24,195 nucleotides of DNA from positions 1-24,195 of IMG/VR virus record IMGVR_UViG_3300025101_000185, one strand, 5' to 3'. Positions 23,897-24,195 of the stretch are shown piece after piece; position 1 is the stretch's first letter; every line of letters starts with the position of its first letter. The notes under the pieces are model-generated. The model saw nothing but the letters and a program-made list of their open reading frames with translations, was not told the DNA's origin and made no database searches. This DNA is from a virus (lineage: Duplodnaviria > Caudoviricetes). Both the position numbers and the translations under genes were made by a program.

Positions 23897-24067
23897 GCAT
23901 AGTATTACATACTAAGCATAGTATAATATGCAATACATAATATACTATTAGAGCAATACTATAATATAGTTTATTAATTATTATAGTAATAGATACTAAG
24001 CATAGTATATGCAATGCTTAGTATACTAAGCATAGTATATAAACTATTATAGTACTAGCATAGTATA
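23897..24067. repeat. AT-rich array of quasi-palindromic ATACTAAGCATAGTATA repeats (candidate origin/operator)
   Basis: Exact copies at 23909, 23993 and 24023, a variant at 24053, a partial at 23897; perfect 20-bp palindrome at 24014-24033. Confidence 0.85.
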
Positions 24068-24103
24068 GTATATATGCCGTAGCATAATAGACTGGAGGGT
24101 AAC

Positions 24104-24195
24104 ATGGAAAGTAAAAATCACCAAGAAAAAAATATTATTTGTTTTAGATGCAAAATTAAAATGAATAAAACAGAACTAAAAGGAGTTTACAAATG
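24104..24195 (+). CDS. 5' end of a putative zinc-ribbon protein (runs off the window)
   Basis: GGAGG RBS; MESKNHQEKNIICFRCKIKMNKTELKGVYK then TG-, giving CxxC plus a probable third Cys. Confidence 0.6.
   Translation, partial: MESKNHQEKNIICFRCKIKMNKTELKGVYK

Noticed and set aside
23897-24067. Mini-CRISPR array
   Set aside because: Repeats are only 17 nt, irregularly spaced, partly inverted, and the intervening DNA is low-complexity; no cas genes.
24178-24195. AAGGAG...ATG at the very end as a new gene start
   Set aside because: It lies inside the open CxxC reading frame from 24104 and cannot be evaluated at the window edge.

Overview
A ~24 kb AT-rich segment of a podovirus-type tailed dsDNA phage. 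Its gene order resembles BPP-1 and marine uvMED/pelagiphage-like phages, so a marine alphaproteobacterial host is plausible but is inference only. The minus strand (21450 to <1) carries one tightly coupled morphogenesis unit: TerS, TerL, an RTX-toxin-activating (HlyC/TAAT-family) acyltransferase homologue, two small Pro/Arg-rich virion proteins, portal, Bbp19-like protein, scaffold, a 77-aa ORF, major capsid, putative decoration protein, a terminator, tail tubular A and B, a gp13-like GNAT protein, three internal virion (ejection) proteins and a cluster of tail fibre/receptor-binding genes. The plus strand (21720-24195) carries a divergent early region: a sigma70-type promoter, about ten small ORFs (several below the ORF-track cut-off), a Cro/XRE HTH gene, intergenic hairpins and an AT-rich palindromic repeat array. 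The most interesting observations are (1) a toxin-type fatty-acyltransferase embedded among virion genes with no RTX toxin, suggesting lipidation of ejection proteins; (2) a structured RNA leader of the capsid gene with a duplicated GGGUAGC/GUCC bulge motif; (3) the palindromic array next to the HTH gene; and (4) a possibly branched fibre system. All family assignments come from motif recognition by eye; no searches were run.
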